Assembly (NCBI GenBank): GCA_001643675.2
Contig: LSRY02000063.1
Coordinates: forward strand, 310,001-374,000
Source: Monocercomonoides exilis PA203
Taxonomy: Eukaryota; Protista; Preaxostyla
Reading direction: 5' to 3'
Length of the DNA stretch: 64,000 nucleotides
A program made the position numbers and the translations under genes. This document shows positions 13,201 through 27,500 of the stretch, in pieces. Each line of letters opens with the position of its first letter. Position 1 is the first letter of the stretch. The notes beneath the pieces are model-generated. The model searched no databases. It was not told the DNA's origin and worked only from the letters and a program-made list of their open reading frames with translations.

Positions 13201-15260
13201 TGTCTTTCAATGCTCCTCTCCTCATCCAGCGACGTCTGATCCCTGTCCGGAGAAATTATCCGCTCAGGACTAGTTTCTCCGACGTGGTCTTTGCCTCTGC
13301 CCATTACACCCTGTGCATCAGCCTCGAGTTGAGGCGAAAGGCGCTCGCTTTCGCGCTGCTCCTGTTCTTTCTTGATGATCTGCTGCATTGTCTGTGAGGA
13401 CATGTCTTCTTCGATGTCGTCGGCACGTGCAAACAGCACCTCAGCAGCATCGACGTCGTTGTAGATGTCCATCAGCAGCTTGCCATACAGCCGCAGCACC
13501 TGAGTTGAGTGTGGGTGTGTCACCAGCAGCTCCTCGTAGCCATTTCTTGCTTTGCTCTCAGCCTCCACCACGCGCGACAGCTGCTCTGGAATGAGCGCAG
13601 TGTCCAGCTTCGGAGAAATAACGTTCTCCCACATCTCCTTCAGCGAGTCCTTCGCCTCGATGTGGTGTGCCTCTGCCTCCGACAGCACCGTCTTGAATGT
13701 CAGTGAAGATAGATCCGAGTTTCCCCCAGGCCCGCCGCTGGTGAGCCCTCTCTTCTGCATCTCGAGGGACTTGCAGAAGAGCACAAAGCGGATGGACACC
13801 TCAGGGCTGCAGCTGCGGCACTTGAGGAGGAGCGTGGAGGACTTGATTGAGTTCTTCATGTATGCCGACAGGAACATCCCGTACTCGAAGTTCAGCTGCG
13901 CATGGAAGCGGTTCTGCGGCCTGGCCAGTGCGTGGGTGTAGATGGCGTCGGCGTAGTTGAGCATCTCCTTCGTCCGAATCGACTTCTCCTGCAGGAAACG
14001 CGTGCTCGGCTCAACTGAGTACGGGTTCTTCACTTTGATGGCTGACAGCGGGATGTTCGGGATCGTCGGCTGCAGAAGAGCTTTTGACCCGCCAAACAGC
14101 TTCGTCGTCGTCACACTCAGCAGCCACATCGCCTTCGCCCGCTTCTCCGTCTTCTTCCACACAAACACAGACATCGCAATGCCAGCTGCTGTCCCAATGC
14201 AGTCCCCCACAATAAGAGCTGCTGTTGAGCCTGTCCCTCGAAACACCAAAAAGCCGATCTGAGAGCCGAGATGTGCGCAGCCAAACAGGCTCCACGACAC
14301 TGCCCACATGGCATTTGCACGCCATTTGTGGTACAGCTGCTTGACTACACAGAAATACAACACAGTCGCAACTGATATGATGACAACGATTATTCGCCAG
14401 AACCACCAGAACTTCAGCATTCGTGCAGCATACACATTTCCAAAGATGAGTACTGCATTTATCAATTGGAATTTTGAAGTGGTGCACGAAAAAAGTCCTC
14501 CATTTTTCGGATCTGGTGAAAATGAGAATGTATGATATGAAAAGATAAGGAATAGCATTATAAGACTGCTAAGTAATGCCAGTCCTTCCGCAACATTTCC
14601 AAAAGCGCTGTTTCCAAAGCATTGGATAGTCCCCATCTGCAAAACTGGATAGCTCCCATTTTTGCTAACTGTGCAATCATAAGGTGAAATAAATGTATGA
14701 AGCGAAGGAATTAAAAAAACTGTTGAAGGAAATCCCCAAAACACGCGAAGAAGCGTTATCATCCATGGTTGTGCTCCTGCTATTTTTCGAAACATCAAAG
14801 AAACAGGTAATGTATATAACATGCACAAATTAAGAATGATTGCTGAAATTACTACAACCACAAGAACAGAATCTCCAAGAAAAAAAGACAAAGATGATCC
14901 ATCAAGCCAGCCAAGAATAAAAGAGTCTATTGTTTGTCGTTGAGTCTTTGAATCCACTTTAAAAAATGCAAGAATGAACAGCTCCAGTGTTATAAGTGCC
15001 CACATCACATATGCAGGCCTTAAATCCCTTTGTTTTGCCTAAATATTTTTTATCAAATTTAAAACATTAGTCCAAATAAAAATAAAATATAAAATAATAA
15101 AGGAATGCAGAAAAAATTTATTGCATACCGAATCGAAAAGTGGAACATAGAATGAAAAGAAAGTTGTATCAAATTTCCCAAATGACTTGACAGAATTGGA
15201 ATCCAAAGAGAAGCTACCATCAGAATTATTACTCTGTCTTTCGTCATTATAACTCTGCAT
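10239..15260 (-). CDS. TmcB/TmcC-like multipass membrane protein with TPR-like region and C-terminal hemerythrin-like domain; exons 15260-15129 and 15038-10239
   Basis: N-terminal cluster of TM helices. Family motif 'YEELLVTHPHSTQVLRLYGKLLMDIYNDVDAAEVLFARADDIEE'. Later TM pairs, then D..(H>R)..(H>V)FEEEE..M..HxxxH..HFLGED. Phase-0 GT-AG intron joins the upstream exon. Confidence 0.75.
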
Positions 15261-15762
15261 TGGTAAACAGAAGATACTTTGAAATTACCCCAAAATTCAG
15301 CACAATAATAATTATTTTTCAAACAAATAAATTAAGGGGCAAATTAACTTGCTCTAATTTAAAAATTTCATCAACGTTGTTCAATATGAAGTCAACATAT
15401 ACTGAAAAATATTCAAAAACTGAATATGAATATTAGACTGTGAAAAATTCATCCTACGCTGCAAATGAGAAATTTTTTGAAAGTTTTCCTAAATATTCAC
15501 TATTATTATTTTTTCATTCTTTAAAGGACTTATTGAGGTGGAAAAAAGGATGTTTGAATTTTAGTGTATTTTATTTTTGTTTTCACTGAATTGTCAAGAA
15601 AAGAAACTTCACAAATTAACAGATGCAGAATTTGAAGTTTTCAACAATCCAAGCAAAATACAAAAATTATTTGTTGCAAAAATTTTTAAATAAATCAAGT
15701 GAATGAATTTTTCATTATTTCTTTTGTCTTATTTTCAGTTTTTAATAAAAAAATGGAAAATT

Positions 15763-15765
<3 letters not shown>

Positions 15766-15799
<34 letters not shown>
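15766..15799. repeat. poly-T tract
   Basis: Run of more than 30 T. Confidence 0.9.
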
Positions 15800-15802
<3 letters not shown>

Positions 15803-16140
15803 TTATTTCAAAAAACTTTAACTTCAATAAGTATCATTCTTGGAAGTATTTTTATCTCAGATTGATTTTCATTCTTGAAAATTTTTGTAATATGGAACAA
15901 AAACTTGAAAAGAACTCACAATTTATATTTTCGAGATAAAAATTCAAAAAAGAGAACTTTATAAAAATAAGTTTTTTTTATGAAACAGTTTTTCTCAAAA
16001 GAAACAACGACAATTAATTGATAAGTGAATGCTTGCGCATGTGAGATTTTTTCAAAATCAAAGCATTTTTCGATGTGTTGATTATTGAATGATCTATTGT
16101 TCCAGACTGGAATGTTTTCATTTGAAAGTTAATTTCATAA

Positions 16141-16593
16141 TACAGTCTAAACCGGATATAATCACATCGGTTTTTGTACAACTTTTTGTGACTTTATCCG
16201 ATAGGAATTATATCCGATGCTGCTTATCACAGAAAAAAATAAAAATTAATAAATAAATTGATAAATTTAGTATCAATTTTTTCATTTTTGAAAATTCTTC
16301 ATCAAAACGCATTTTTCACTTGCGAAATTATTTTTTTTTCATACATACATATTATTTTGACTTATTTGAGCACATTTTTGAAAAAGCGAAAAATCTTTTT
16401 TTTAATCAAAAAATCGATTTTTCATTGAAAAATAAACTCATAGTAATTAAAATGTGATAATATATATTCGGTCCTGTGACAATGTGCAATGAATAATGAA
16501 TGTGAAAAAAGAAAAAAAGTTCTAACATACAAAAACATGACTATGGAATAATGTGATTATTTTTCGACGTGGATATATCCAGTCTTTATTGTA
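16141..16593. mobile_element. Degenerate MITE (TA-CAGT end, pogo/Tc1-like), copy 1
   Basis: Left end tacagtctaaaccggatataatcacatcg vs reverse complement of right end tacaataaagactggatatatccacgtcg; flanking TA. About 290 bp are repeated at 35533-35820. Confidence 0.65.
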
Positions 16594-17655
16594 AATATCT
16601 TTGTTATTTCGAAAAGTTTGTTTTGCAAAATTTTCATGTGAAAATAAAAAAAGGAAGTTTGAATCAAATATTTGTTCCTTCTCACAAAAATTTCAACATC
16701 ATGGAAACAAATGCTTGACATTGTTATTATTTCCGTTCTGGATAGATTTGGTAAGTTGGGATATAAACTTTATGATTAAACACAATTTTGATTTTTTCCT
16801 GAATATTAAACAAATGGAACTTATCAAAAAATGTTGAAAAATGTCTCAAAAGTCAATGTTAGTGTGAAAGATAGAAGGAGGAGTCTTAAATTGTCTTTGC
16901 ATAATTTCAAAATTCAATTTATTTTTTTATATTTCACATACAAATCGAAACTTTTTCCGAAAAAAAAAATGATTTCAAACATTATTGCACTTATTGTTGA
17001 TGATAAAATGGAGATGCTCCAGATAATTCTTCATTATCATAAAGAAAGATACATATTGTTTAGGTATTTGTAAATTGATAAGAGTTAACATACATTGACG
17101 AAATTTCAAAATATCAAAAAAACAAAGGCATACTGCATATTCCAAATTATTAAAAAACCAAAAGGAAGTTCCTTTAATAAAAATGAATTGAAAAGATGAA
17201 AGATTTTGTCAAATTAATTTTTTTATTTCAAAAAAATAATTGAAAATTACAAATTTTGTACAGAAGACTGTGTCCATGAATATGAAAAGGAAAAGAAATG
17301 AATTATTTTTTCTTATCATTTCCTTTCATTTTATTTCGTTTTCTGTCTTTATTTATTTCTTTCTAAATCTCTTTATTTCCTCCTTTTATGGATTATTTAA
17401 TTTTCGGATTTTCGTATTATTTTTGAATCATTTTTCATATTCGAATGAAAAAAATTTTTTTTCCCCATCCAATATTTCTTTTCTTTTCTTTTTCGAGAAA
17501 AGCGCTTGAAATAACTAATCATTAAATTCATTTTTTAAAAAATAAATATTCAACAAAAATATGAAAACTAAAACAAAATTTCTAAAAAAAGTTCAACAAA
17601 AACTGTAATTTAAAATTCAATAATTTTTCTAAGTCGATTTATAAGAAGGCTTAAA

Positions 17656-19109
17656 TCAAGCCAACAAATCTGGATCTTCAGATAAAAAGACTCTTGATAT
17701 CCTTAAAGAAACAGCTTGCCCTATTTTCTATACCATCATTCAGTTTAATCATTGAAAACAAAATTAATATAATGATAAATAATATAAAAGCAACTGTTTC
17801 ATACTCTCCCTTTTTCTCCAACTGGAATTTGACTCAAAAGATCAGGAAATTCTTGCTTGCTTTTTGATTCAGCATCTTCAGATGCAGAAACTATTTCATC
17901 TTCAGAAATAGGCAAGACCAAAGACGATGAACTCTGAGGCATTGCCTTCTTTGCTTTATCAAGCGCAGAAACAAGCGAATAAAACGTTGGATATCTTGCA
18001 GAGATTGCTCTGCAACGAGATATTAACCAATTAAATATGCATGCACGCACACAATTATTATGCAGAATGAAAATTTACAAATATTTCCAAATAGCAAAGC
18101 AACAAACGAAGCTATGTTTTGTGATACTCCTTCTATTTCAGCCAACATCCTCTCCCATATTTCTTTCGTCTCTGCTTTGCCTTTCCCTTTTGATTGAACA
18201 AAAATAGTTCTTTGCTTTCTATTAATATCAAATAACATGCGAAAACAAGTTAATTGTTCAGCATCAAACTGTTAAAGAATAATAATATCAATTTCAGATA
18301 CCGATGAAGACGCGTAACGAGTGAGCGACATAATGTTGATAAATATGAGCCAATTTGTTCTGGCTTCGAATACTGAAATATTGTGCATCCTCGTAACTCC
18401 AGCCATGTTACAAGCTTTAGCACATCTGCTTCAGCTGAAGGGATTGATTGAATAGAAATCGGAGAAGTAGACTTTTCATGTAGAATTTTGTGTCGATGGC
18501 GAGCGTGAATGTTTTCACAGAGCAATGCCACAGGAACTTTTGCTCGATAAGGAGTTTTCGAAGTCGAAGAAGGTATTGAGCTCGATTCATCTTCTTCTGG
18601 GAATAAAACTGAGGAAAAAGCAATTACATCTTGATACCATTCCTTAAGAGTTTTTAATCGTTGAGTTTGAGGATCAACAAAAGCATTGGATATAATGCTT
18701 TCAGTGTCAATCCAAATTGCCAAAAAAGGTTCAAGAGAAATTGTTGGACAAGAACTTCTAAAAAGACTTGAAGACGAAGAAGTTTGCTCTTGTAATGAAG
18801 AAAATATCGGAGTTGCTTTATCGTGCAAAACAAAATTTGATGTTTTTGTAAAAACAATGGCGTTTGGAAACGGAGAATGAATATACTCAAATGGGATCTG
18901 ACAAGAATAAATAAAAATACGATTGCAATTACCAAATAAACAAAAACATGAACATGATAAAGCAAAACATTTTCTTCGGTAAGCTCGATCTCAATTGCTT
19001 CGTGAAATGACTGCGATTTCAAATGCTCGTCAAGAAGAAATGTAATCTCGCTTAACCCCGTATTTTTGGAGGATCTATGTTTTTGCTGTTTTAAGGGGAT
19101 CAGGGGCAT
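17656..19109 (-). CDS. EME1: EME1/Mms4-like crossover junction endonuclease subunit (ERCC4-like plus HhH), 5 exons
   Basis: 'KEIWERMLAEIEGVSQNIA-SAISARYPTFYSLVSAL...DLLSQIPVGEKGR-KIGQAVSLRISRVFLSEDPDLL' matches the EME1 C-terminal HhH2 pattern. Four GT-AG introns keep the frame. Confidence 0.75.
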
Positions 19110-19310
19110 TTGGCCGAATTCTGCCAATGAGAATTTATCCCCAAAAATTTCAAAAATAGTTCACTTTTGAAAAATGTAGTGGGACTCTTGTTTTATTTAT
19201 CCTAACAATTTCAGTGATAATTGTTTATTGATTATTATTATCATTTGTTATTGTTGTTTCGTTGTTATTATAACCATAATAATAGTTCATATTCAAAGAT
19301 CGAACTTTTA

Positions 19311-21080
19311 ATGAGCCTTTACTCGGAAACAGAAGGTCGTCCAAAGCCACTTCCATATGCAGATGAGAAAGGTGTTTTGAGTGCTGATGACTTCGTTGTT
19401 TCTACTCTTGGTGAATGCACATATGAAACGACAAGGCCACGCTTTGCGTTCGTTGACGATAAACAACGAGTTCTTCTTCAAAGCCATTACACACCAACAA
19501 AACCAATTGACACTTCATTAGCGTTTGAGGTTGCTGGACAAAGAGAACGGATGTTCTTTGATCCTCATAATACAATTGTTGGAATTGTTACATGTGGTGG
19601 GTTGTGCCCTGGGTTAAACGATGTTTGACAAATTTTAACTTTAACAAATTATTCACATAATTTCTTTATGCATTTTTGTTGGGTTTATTTTTAGGTGGTT
19701 CGAGCATTAACATATGCCTCTCTTAATTATAATGTGAAAAAAGTTCTTGGATATCGTTATGGATACCATGGATTATCAAAAGATGGACATCCTCCAGTAA
19801 AGCTTGAATCCCGTCAAGTTAACACAATTCATGATCTTGGTGGAACCGTACTTGGATCTTCAAGAGGTCCAATTCCAGCTGCGGAAATGGTTGAAACTCT
19901 GAAACGAGACAAGATAAACATTCTGTTTACGATTGGAGGTGATGGTACTCAACGTGGTGCACAGATGCTTTTTGAAGAAATTACAAGACAAAAACTTCCA
20001 ATTGCAGTTGTTGGAATCCCGAAAACAATTGACAATGATATTTTGTATATTTCACGTACTTTTGGCTTTGATACCGCAGTTGAGCAAGCTCGTGTGGCCA
20101 TTTCATGCGCACATGCAGAAGCACAATCAGCTGACAATGGAATAGGTCTTGTCAAATTGATGGGAAGAGACAGCGGCTTCATTGCAGCAAAGGCAACATT
20201 GGCATCTGGAGATGTGAATATTTGGTGTGTTATAATATCTTTTTTTTGAATAAATTTGATAAAACGAAAAACGAAAAACAAACAAATAAGCAAAAAAAGA
20301 AACAAAGAGATATTCGCTTTTTATTGTTATTCCGGGCAATTTTATTGCATTCGTTTTGTTTATTTAATGTTTTTTATCATTAAAAAAAACAAATTTAATT
20401 TTTGTTCTTTCAATTGACACATATTCACTTATTAAATGCCAATTGTATGTACAAACAGCCTCATTCCCGAAGAGCCGTTCACCTTGCCTTCGCTTATGGC
20501 GAACATCGAGAACCGCCTCGTCCACCGGGGCCATTGTGTGATTGTTGTGGCTGAAGGGGCGGGTGTGGACATTTTGAAGGAGTTCAACTCGGCCAAGACA
20601 GACTCCAGCGGGAACACGAGCTATGGGGACATCGGGATGTTCCTGAAGAGCGAGATCACGTCGTACTTCAAGAAGACGAAGCTGGGCATCACCATCAAGT
20701 ACATCGACCCGTCCTACACCATCCGCTCGATCAAGCCGACCTCAGCCGACGCTGCCTTCTGCGAGGAGCTGGGCAACAAGGCGGTTGATTCAGCGATGTG
20801 CGGGAAGACAGGGTGTATTGTGGGCTACTGGGGAGAGAGCTTCACGCTGGTGCCGATGAAGCTGATTGCGCGGGGCAGGAAGAAGGTGGATGTGAAAGGG
20901 CACATGTGGAACACGGTGAAGCAGATGACATGGACGATGCAGCCGATTGGAGGAAAGGATGAGAAGAGCAAAGAGAAAGAGAAAGAGAAAGATGAGGGAT
21001 CGGAGCTTTCTTCGTCTTCCACCTGCTCTTCTTCCTCCACTCCTTCTTCAGCTGCAACTCATCCACCAACGCCTTTGTAA
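19311..21080 (+). CDS. PFK: 6-phosphofructokinase, clade-X (ATP-type GGDG/PKTIDND); exons 19311-19622, 19695-20224, 20459-21080
   Basis: Motifs [73 protein letters not shown]. Confidence 0.95.
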
Positions 21081-21522
21081 GGCTCATGTAAATAATTTGA
21101 ATAATAAAATACATATTACTATTTATCCCCGTTTTCTTCATTCATTTAATCCTGAAAGTGAAATGACTGATTTTCTTTTCATTTCTTCATCATCATTGAA
21201 CTTCAGAAAAAAATTCTTTTCTATCCTATTTTGAAATAAAGGCATTTCAGAAGCTATTTTGCTTTTTACATGCGAAATCTCCATTTTTTTTACATTTTTA
21301 ATGTGAAATGTCAATTTGAACATAAAACTGGAAGTAAACTCCTTTTTAAGTTGTTTATTTAAAAATTTTATGAAAATAATTAGTTTATATGCTTTCAAAA
21401 GTTTTTTCATAAAGAAATTATTAAGAAAGACAAAATTGGAAGTTTGAATGAAATGAAAATTTTATTATACACATCAGATCAACATTACTTCAAATAAAAA
21501 AATACAATAGAACAGAAAAAAG

Positions 21523-24500
21523 ATGAAGATCTACAAAAACTTCATTATTTTCTTACTAATTTTTCTTATTGAATTCTCAAATGCTTGTGCTTCGCCTGCT
21601 GTGAGCAGTGCTTATCAAAAAATAATTCGGAAATCTTATGAAATACCCTCAAGGAGCGACGATGAAATTTTAACAGATGAGAAGCAAAGAAATTACACTT
21701 TTAAAGAAAGGAATCCTCATAAATGCATTATACATTCAACATTTATGAAACACAGCAAAACAAACGAAACATTTATAAATTTAGTTAACTCTACTTTCAA
21801 TATTGGAGATGTAATCATCATGGAAAGTAGATTCACAGAAATAATTTTTTGTGATTCGAAAAGTTTTTCAGCTGTTCGCGATTGTTCTGTTAGAGGATGG
21901 TGCACACAAGAAGAACGCTCAATTTTTAATTGTGAAGGAACATTATCCATCTCAAATCTCAGCCTAATATCTTTAGATAGTTTAACTTTTGCTTCTTCAC
22001 TTATTTCAACAACGAAAAAGAAGACAGATGGAATTGCAGAAGTTAGAAAATGTGCATTTGAGAACTTACTGATTTATTCAAACATCCCTCTGATGGGAAA
22101 CAGACATTTGAAAAGAGTTTGCCTATCTCAGTGCTTCTTTTTTAATATTTCTCATCAAAAAAATAAATATGATGATAAAAGCGCTACACTCACTCATTAC
22201 GAAATTGACAACTGTGATATTCACTTTGTGGACTCTTCAATATATGGATCTTTGGTAAACGGAATGAGCACGATTGGCGGTTTCTTTATGAGAAACACTT
22301 CATTTGAAGCATGTGAGCAAATGATAGAACGGAACGAAACATTTGAAACAACAGGATCTGATCCAATTGATATTAACGATACAACTTTTCGAAATATTCA
22401 CAGTGAAACAAATGGAGCAGCGATTTATCATTCAGCTGGTTGTCCCTTAACAGTATTAAGATGCATTTTTGAAAATTGCAGTTCCGATGACCATGGAGGA
22501 GGCATCAGAGTAATTTCACAAGCATTGAATTATTCGATTACAATCAAATTTTCAATTGGAATAAATTGCTCTGCCCTTGCTAGAGGAGGCTTTTTTAGTG
22601 GTGATTATCAAAGTGGAGCAGTGATTGAAAGATGTGAATTTATAGATTGCTTTTCCAGCACAGGAGGAGGCGGGCTGTATTTGAATCGGTTCCCAAAAGA
22701 TATATTAGTCTCAGAGTGCAATTTTTCTACTTGTCATGACATTGAAGTCAGCGAGAAGCTGTCTGGAGGCGGAATTACTATCGGAGATAGCTCAAATTTT
22801 ACGATCAGGGACTGTTCTTTTATTCAATGCTCAGCAGCATACGGGGGAGGGATCAACTTCCAAGGAGATGGAACATATGGAGGCGAGTGGACTGCATCAG
22901 TTATGTTTTGCTTTTTTGAAGCAAACGAAGGAAGATGCGGTGCAAAAGACATATCATTTAGAGGAAATTGGATAACTTATTGCTCAATGAATATGCTGAA
23001 AGAGTGTAGAACTCTTTCTCAAGGAATCAATTTAGTCATGAACGATACGGTTGATGTGAGCGGATGGATTCCGAGCCGATATTTTAATCCATTGTATGTA
23101 AATGTTGATCTCGGAATTGATCATAGAGGATGCGGAATGAATGAAAGAAAATGCAAGTCAATATCATTCGTACCTTCTCTTGTTGAAGAAGGTGGAAACG
23201 AAATTACACAAATAGTTATAGAATCAGTAAGATTGACTGAAAATGGCTGCAACATCGGAGAGAAGAAAATCAACGTTTCAAAGAAACCAACTGAGGATGT
23301 TATTATTAGTTCTTCAGTTCAGCTTAACGCTCTTTTCCATCTTACAACCGGGGTTCTTGGAATGAATTCATTTACATTGATTCATAACTCTACATCATCA
23401 TCCCCGGGAACTTCGTTATTTCTTGTCTCATCAACAGGAACGCTTTTGATTTCTAAATGCAATATTACTTGTGAGTCATTACCGACAACTAATGCAGCAT
23501 TTATCGAACCCGTGATTGTCGCAAGGAGCGGATTTATTGAGCTTTCAGAAACAAGCATAGCAGAGTTTTTGCTTAGTAATGCTGGAGTTATATATTTTGC
23601 GTCATCAGCATCAGTAAAGTTAATGAGCACAAACATTTGCAACGTCACTAGCGAGAATTACAATGGGGCTGCATTGAACGGAGTTGTTGGTAACGGAAAA
23701 TACCTTATATTGAATGGAAGCGTTCTCAGAAACATTTCCACTGACGGTGGAAATGGCGGAGGAATGAGTGTCAGCATGGAAATGAACAGTTCGTTGCAGA
23801 TTCATGGAGTAGATAAAGAATCAGAAATTTTTTCTTGTAGAGCAGTTGCTTTGCCTGAACAAGAAAGTTTCGGTGGAGGGATCTATTTAAAATCAGAGGC
23901 AGAATCGATTGAGTTAGAAATTACATACCTGAAATGCTCTGCTAACGAGGCAAGCGTTGGAAAGAATGCATACGTTTTTCTAAATGATTTGCGAACAAAA
24001 GTTAATGAAGTCAAGTTTGCGTTTATGTGTAATCTCGATGACGCTGAAAGGGATGGCGGAGTCATTGGAAAGGATTTAAGAAAGTTTTCAAGTGATGTAA
24101 ATCTCTTTATATTTATTGACGGATATGTATCAAATGTGATTGAGTTAGACAGAAGTGATGGAGAAGATGAGAAATACTGCGGCAAAGAAGTTGCATGCAA
24201 AAGTGTGGATTATGGAGTTGGGAAGCTTAATGGTTCTGATGATAGAAGATTACAGTTAGTTGGCTCGTCTGTAGTAAATAACATATTTGAATTACTCAAC
24301 ACAGTTGTGAAAGGAATGAATGAGAAGAAAATTCTTGTTGTAAACGATTCACTTGGAGGTTTGTCAAATGCTGTGATTACTGCAAAAGAAGAAGTGACTT
24401 TTGAACAAGTTATTTTTCATCTTCCGAATAATTTTGTGAATAATCAAAACACAATTTTTGAATCGAAAATGAGCGAAGGACATTTAATTATGAATCAATG

Positions 24501-27500
24501 CGATTTTCAACCTTCATCCATTCAGGCAATGACAAATTCTTATTTTTCTGTTAATTACATTATAGTCAATGTTGAAGCAGGAACATTTTCTATGGAATCA
24601 TGCAATCTCGGCTCTTTCTCCTTTTCTTCTTCGCCATTTTTGTTCTCAAGCCCGATAAAATTGTTATTTTCAAATTTTTATGCAAGTGCCATTCAATTAA
24701 AGTATTCACCGTTGTTTTTGTTTAACCAGCCGATTGATTCTGCAGAAAAGACTCAACGGAATGTAATAACTACGTCACTGATAATTGAGCACTCGACATT
24801 TTTGCAGCTAGAGGCTTCTGGAATGAATGATGCATGCGTTATTTCAACGAAAGCTGTTGTTGAAGCGGTAATAGAAGGATGCACATTTTGCGATGTATCG
24901 AACGAGAATAGCGCTTTTGGAGGTGCAATATTTATTGATATTGCCGAAAGCGGAAGTCTAACTGTGAATGGCACAACTGCAACAGAGCGATGCGCTTGCG
25001 AGAAGCTTAGTGTTGGGAGAGGAGGGTTCATGCACATTTGTCACAACAGAGCAGTCAGTGCCAGCAATGATCAGATGCTATTGAAGGATTTAAGTTTTGA
25101 TGGAAATGATGCATTTTGTGGAAAAGATTTGTTCATCTTATGTACATCACTTTTAGAAATAGTTGACAAAACAAAATTTGCGTTTGCGTTTGCAATTGGA
25201 GAACAAAAAAGAAATAATTCATTATTTGGCAAGGATGCGATTCGCTTTGAAGACGAAGTAGATTTATTCAGCTTGATAACAGGATATACAAGCAGCGATA
25301 TATATGTGGATGGCAACTCTGGTTTGGATCACGTTGGATGCGGAGGAAAACAGATGAGCTGTCGCAGCTTTGATGTTGGGCTCTCTCACTTGGCTGGAAA
25401 CGAGCAGAAAAATATTACTCTTCTAACCAACTCAAAATTAAATGCGGAAGTTGACGTTGATAATGTGAATATTTCTTCCAAAGGGGATTTGGTCTTCATT
25501 GAGCTTTCTGATGAGTTAGCAAAGACAAGAGATTGCGTTATTCTGTCTAAATTAGTAATATTTTTCTGTGTAACATTTTCTTTACCAGATCCATCCTCGA
25601 ACACCCACAGCGTACTGTTTCAGTCAAATGGAATCGGAACATCAATTACGCTGAATCAATGTTCATTTACTAATTCCACTCAAGAATCAATTTCGCAATC
25701 TCTGGTTTGGCTTTGCGATGGTTGCTTCTTCTTGAAGAAATGTACTTTGAAGGAGTTCAAATTTTCTGTTGCTCCATTCGTTATATGCAACACAGTAAAT
25801 TCTAACCCATACGCTAACATTGTTGAAATTACCAACGATGACAGCAATTCGATCCTTGTTGAAATAGATGAGAGCGTGGTGGGCTTTGTTGAAGGTAAAG
25901 GAAGCTCGCCAACTGTTATTAGCTCAGCTGACTTAAGCAATGATGTGATGCTAAACATCAAAAATAGCTCATTTATAGACTGTCATGCAGACTCCAATGA
26001 CTGTGGCGGAACGGTGCTATTCTCTCTGAATTGCAACGATGTCTTTTCAATGAATGACTCAAACATCACGAAATGCAGCGCATTGCAAGGAAAAGGAGGA
26101 GGAGTCTTTTTGGATTGCAAATGCGATGCAGATGTAACTCTTCCATTTGTGTTTGGCAATGTTTCGTTTACTGAAAACAGTGCAATTGTGGGAAGAGATG
26201 TGTTTGTTCGATGCGAATCGATTAATACACAAATTAACGAGAGCCAGTTTATAATAGACTTTAACGAAATGAAATTCAACAGAAATAATTCCATATGGGG
26301 AACGGATAACAAGAGGCCAGGCCAGGATGTTGACTTGATTCCAATTGTGATTGTTTACAGGAGCGAAATGATATTTGTGAAAGGAGGCGATGTTAATGCA
26401 GAAGATAAAAATCCATGTGGAAGCATTTCTTCCCCGTGCAGCACAGTGAACTTTGGGCTCAGTCATATTCTCCCTTCGAGTTATAGTCGTTTGATGATTT
26501 GTAAAGAAGCAGCGATAACTTCTGAAGGAATGGTTCATAATGTGACAATTCAGAGTTTCGATGCATCTGAATCCACTTTTATTCTGTTTAAAGACATAAT
26601 TGAAGCAAACATGGCAACTAATTATTTGCTTCTATGCTGGGATAAATCCGCTGTTGATTCTCTAATTTTCGAAATAAGAGAAACATTTGAATGCACATGC
26701 GAATCGATTATTAAGCAAAAAAACGGGACGTTGAGGTTATCTTCGTGCGAAATGCGAAGTGTTTCGCAGAAGACGATCAACTCCAGCATGATATTAGTTC
26801 AGAGCGGAGTGATAGAGATGTATAGAATATCAATCAACAACCTCATCCTGAGCGAAGAGATGCTTGTCTTTCAACAGGGAACAAGCTCTAACTTGAATAA
26901 CGTCTCTTTTTCATCTGTTAAGTGCTCTTCTGTTATTGTTGGCTCAAAAGCAGGTCTTGTTTTTAACCAAATCAACGCTAATGAGGTGAACACGAAGAAA
27001 GACTTCATTTCCATCGAAACTGATGTTCAAAAGACAAGTTTTTCAAATGTGACATTTAATAACATCAACGTTTCAGAAGGACACTTTATCAAAGTTAAAA
27101 GTGAGAAAACTGAAAGTGATATAACAGAAGATTGCTCAGAGATTGAGATTATTAACACAAATTTCAAACAAATTCAGATATTCGAAGCGAATTCCATTAT
27201 TCTCATGTCATCTGTTCGCTCTGTGAAAAGGACAGCTTCATTTTGCTTCCTGCGAATGAGGGACTGCATTTTTAGAAGGTGCTTATCACCAAAGGAACAA
27301 GGGAAAATTATCAATGCCAACGGAAATTGGAACGTTTCGGTTGAAATTTGTGACATTGATGCATTTGAAGGTGAGAATGCCAACGAAATAGTTTATAAGA
27401 ATGATAGATTAATCACTGAAAAGAATAATTTCGATCAATTGAAGCCAAAAAGGCAGAAATTGGCAAACGAAGCTGAAGAAATATGCAAATGGAATAAATC

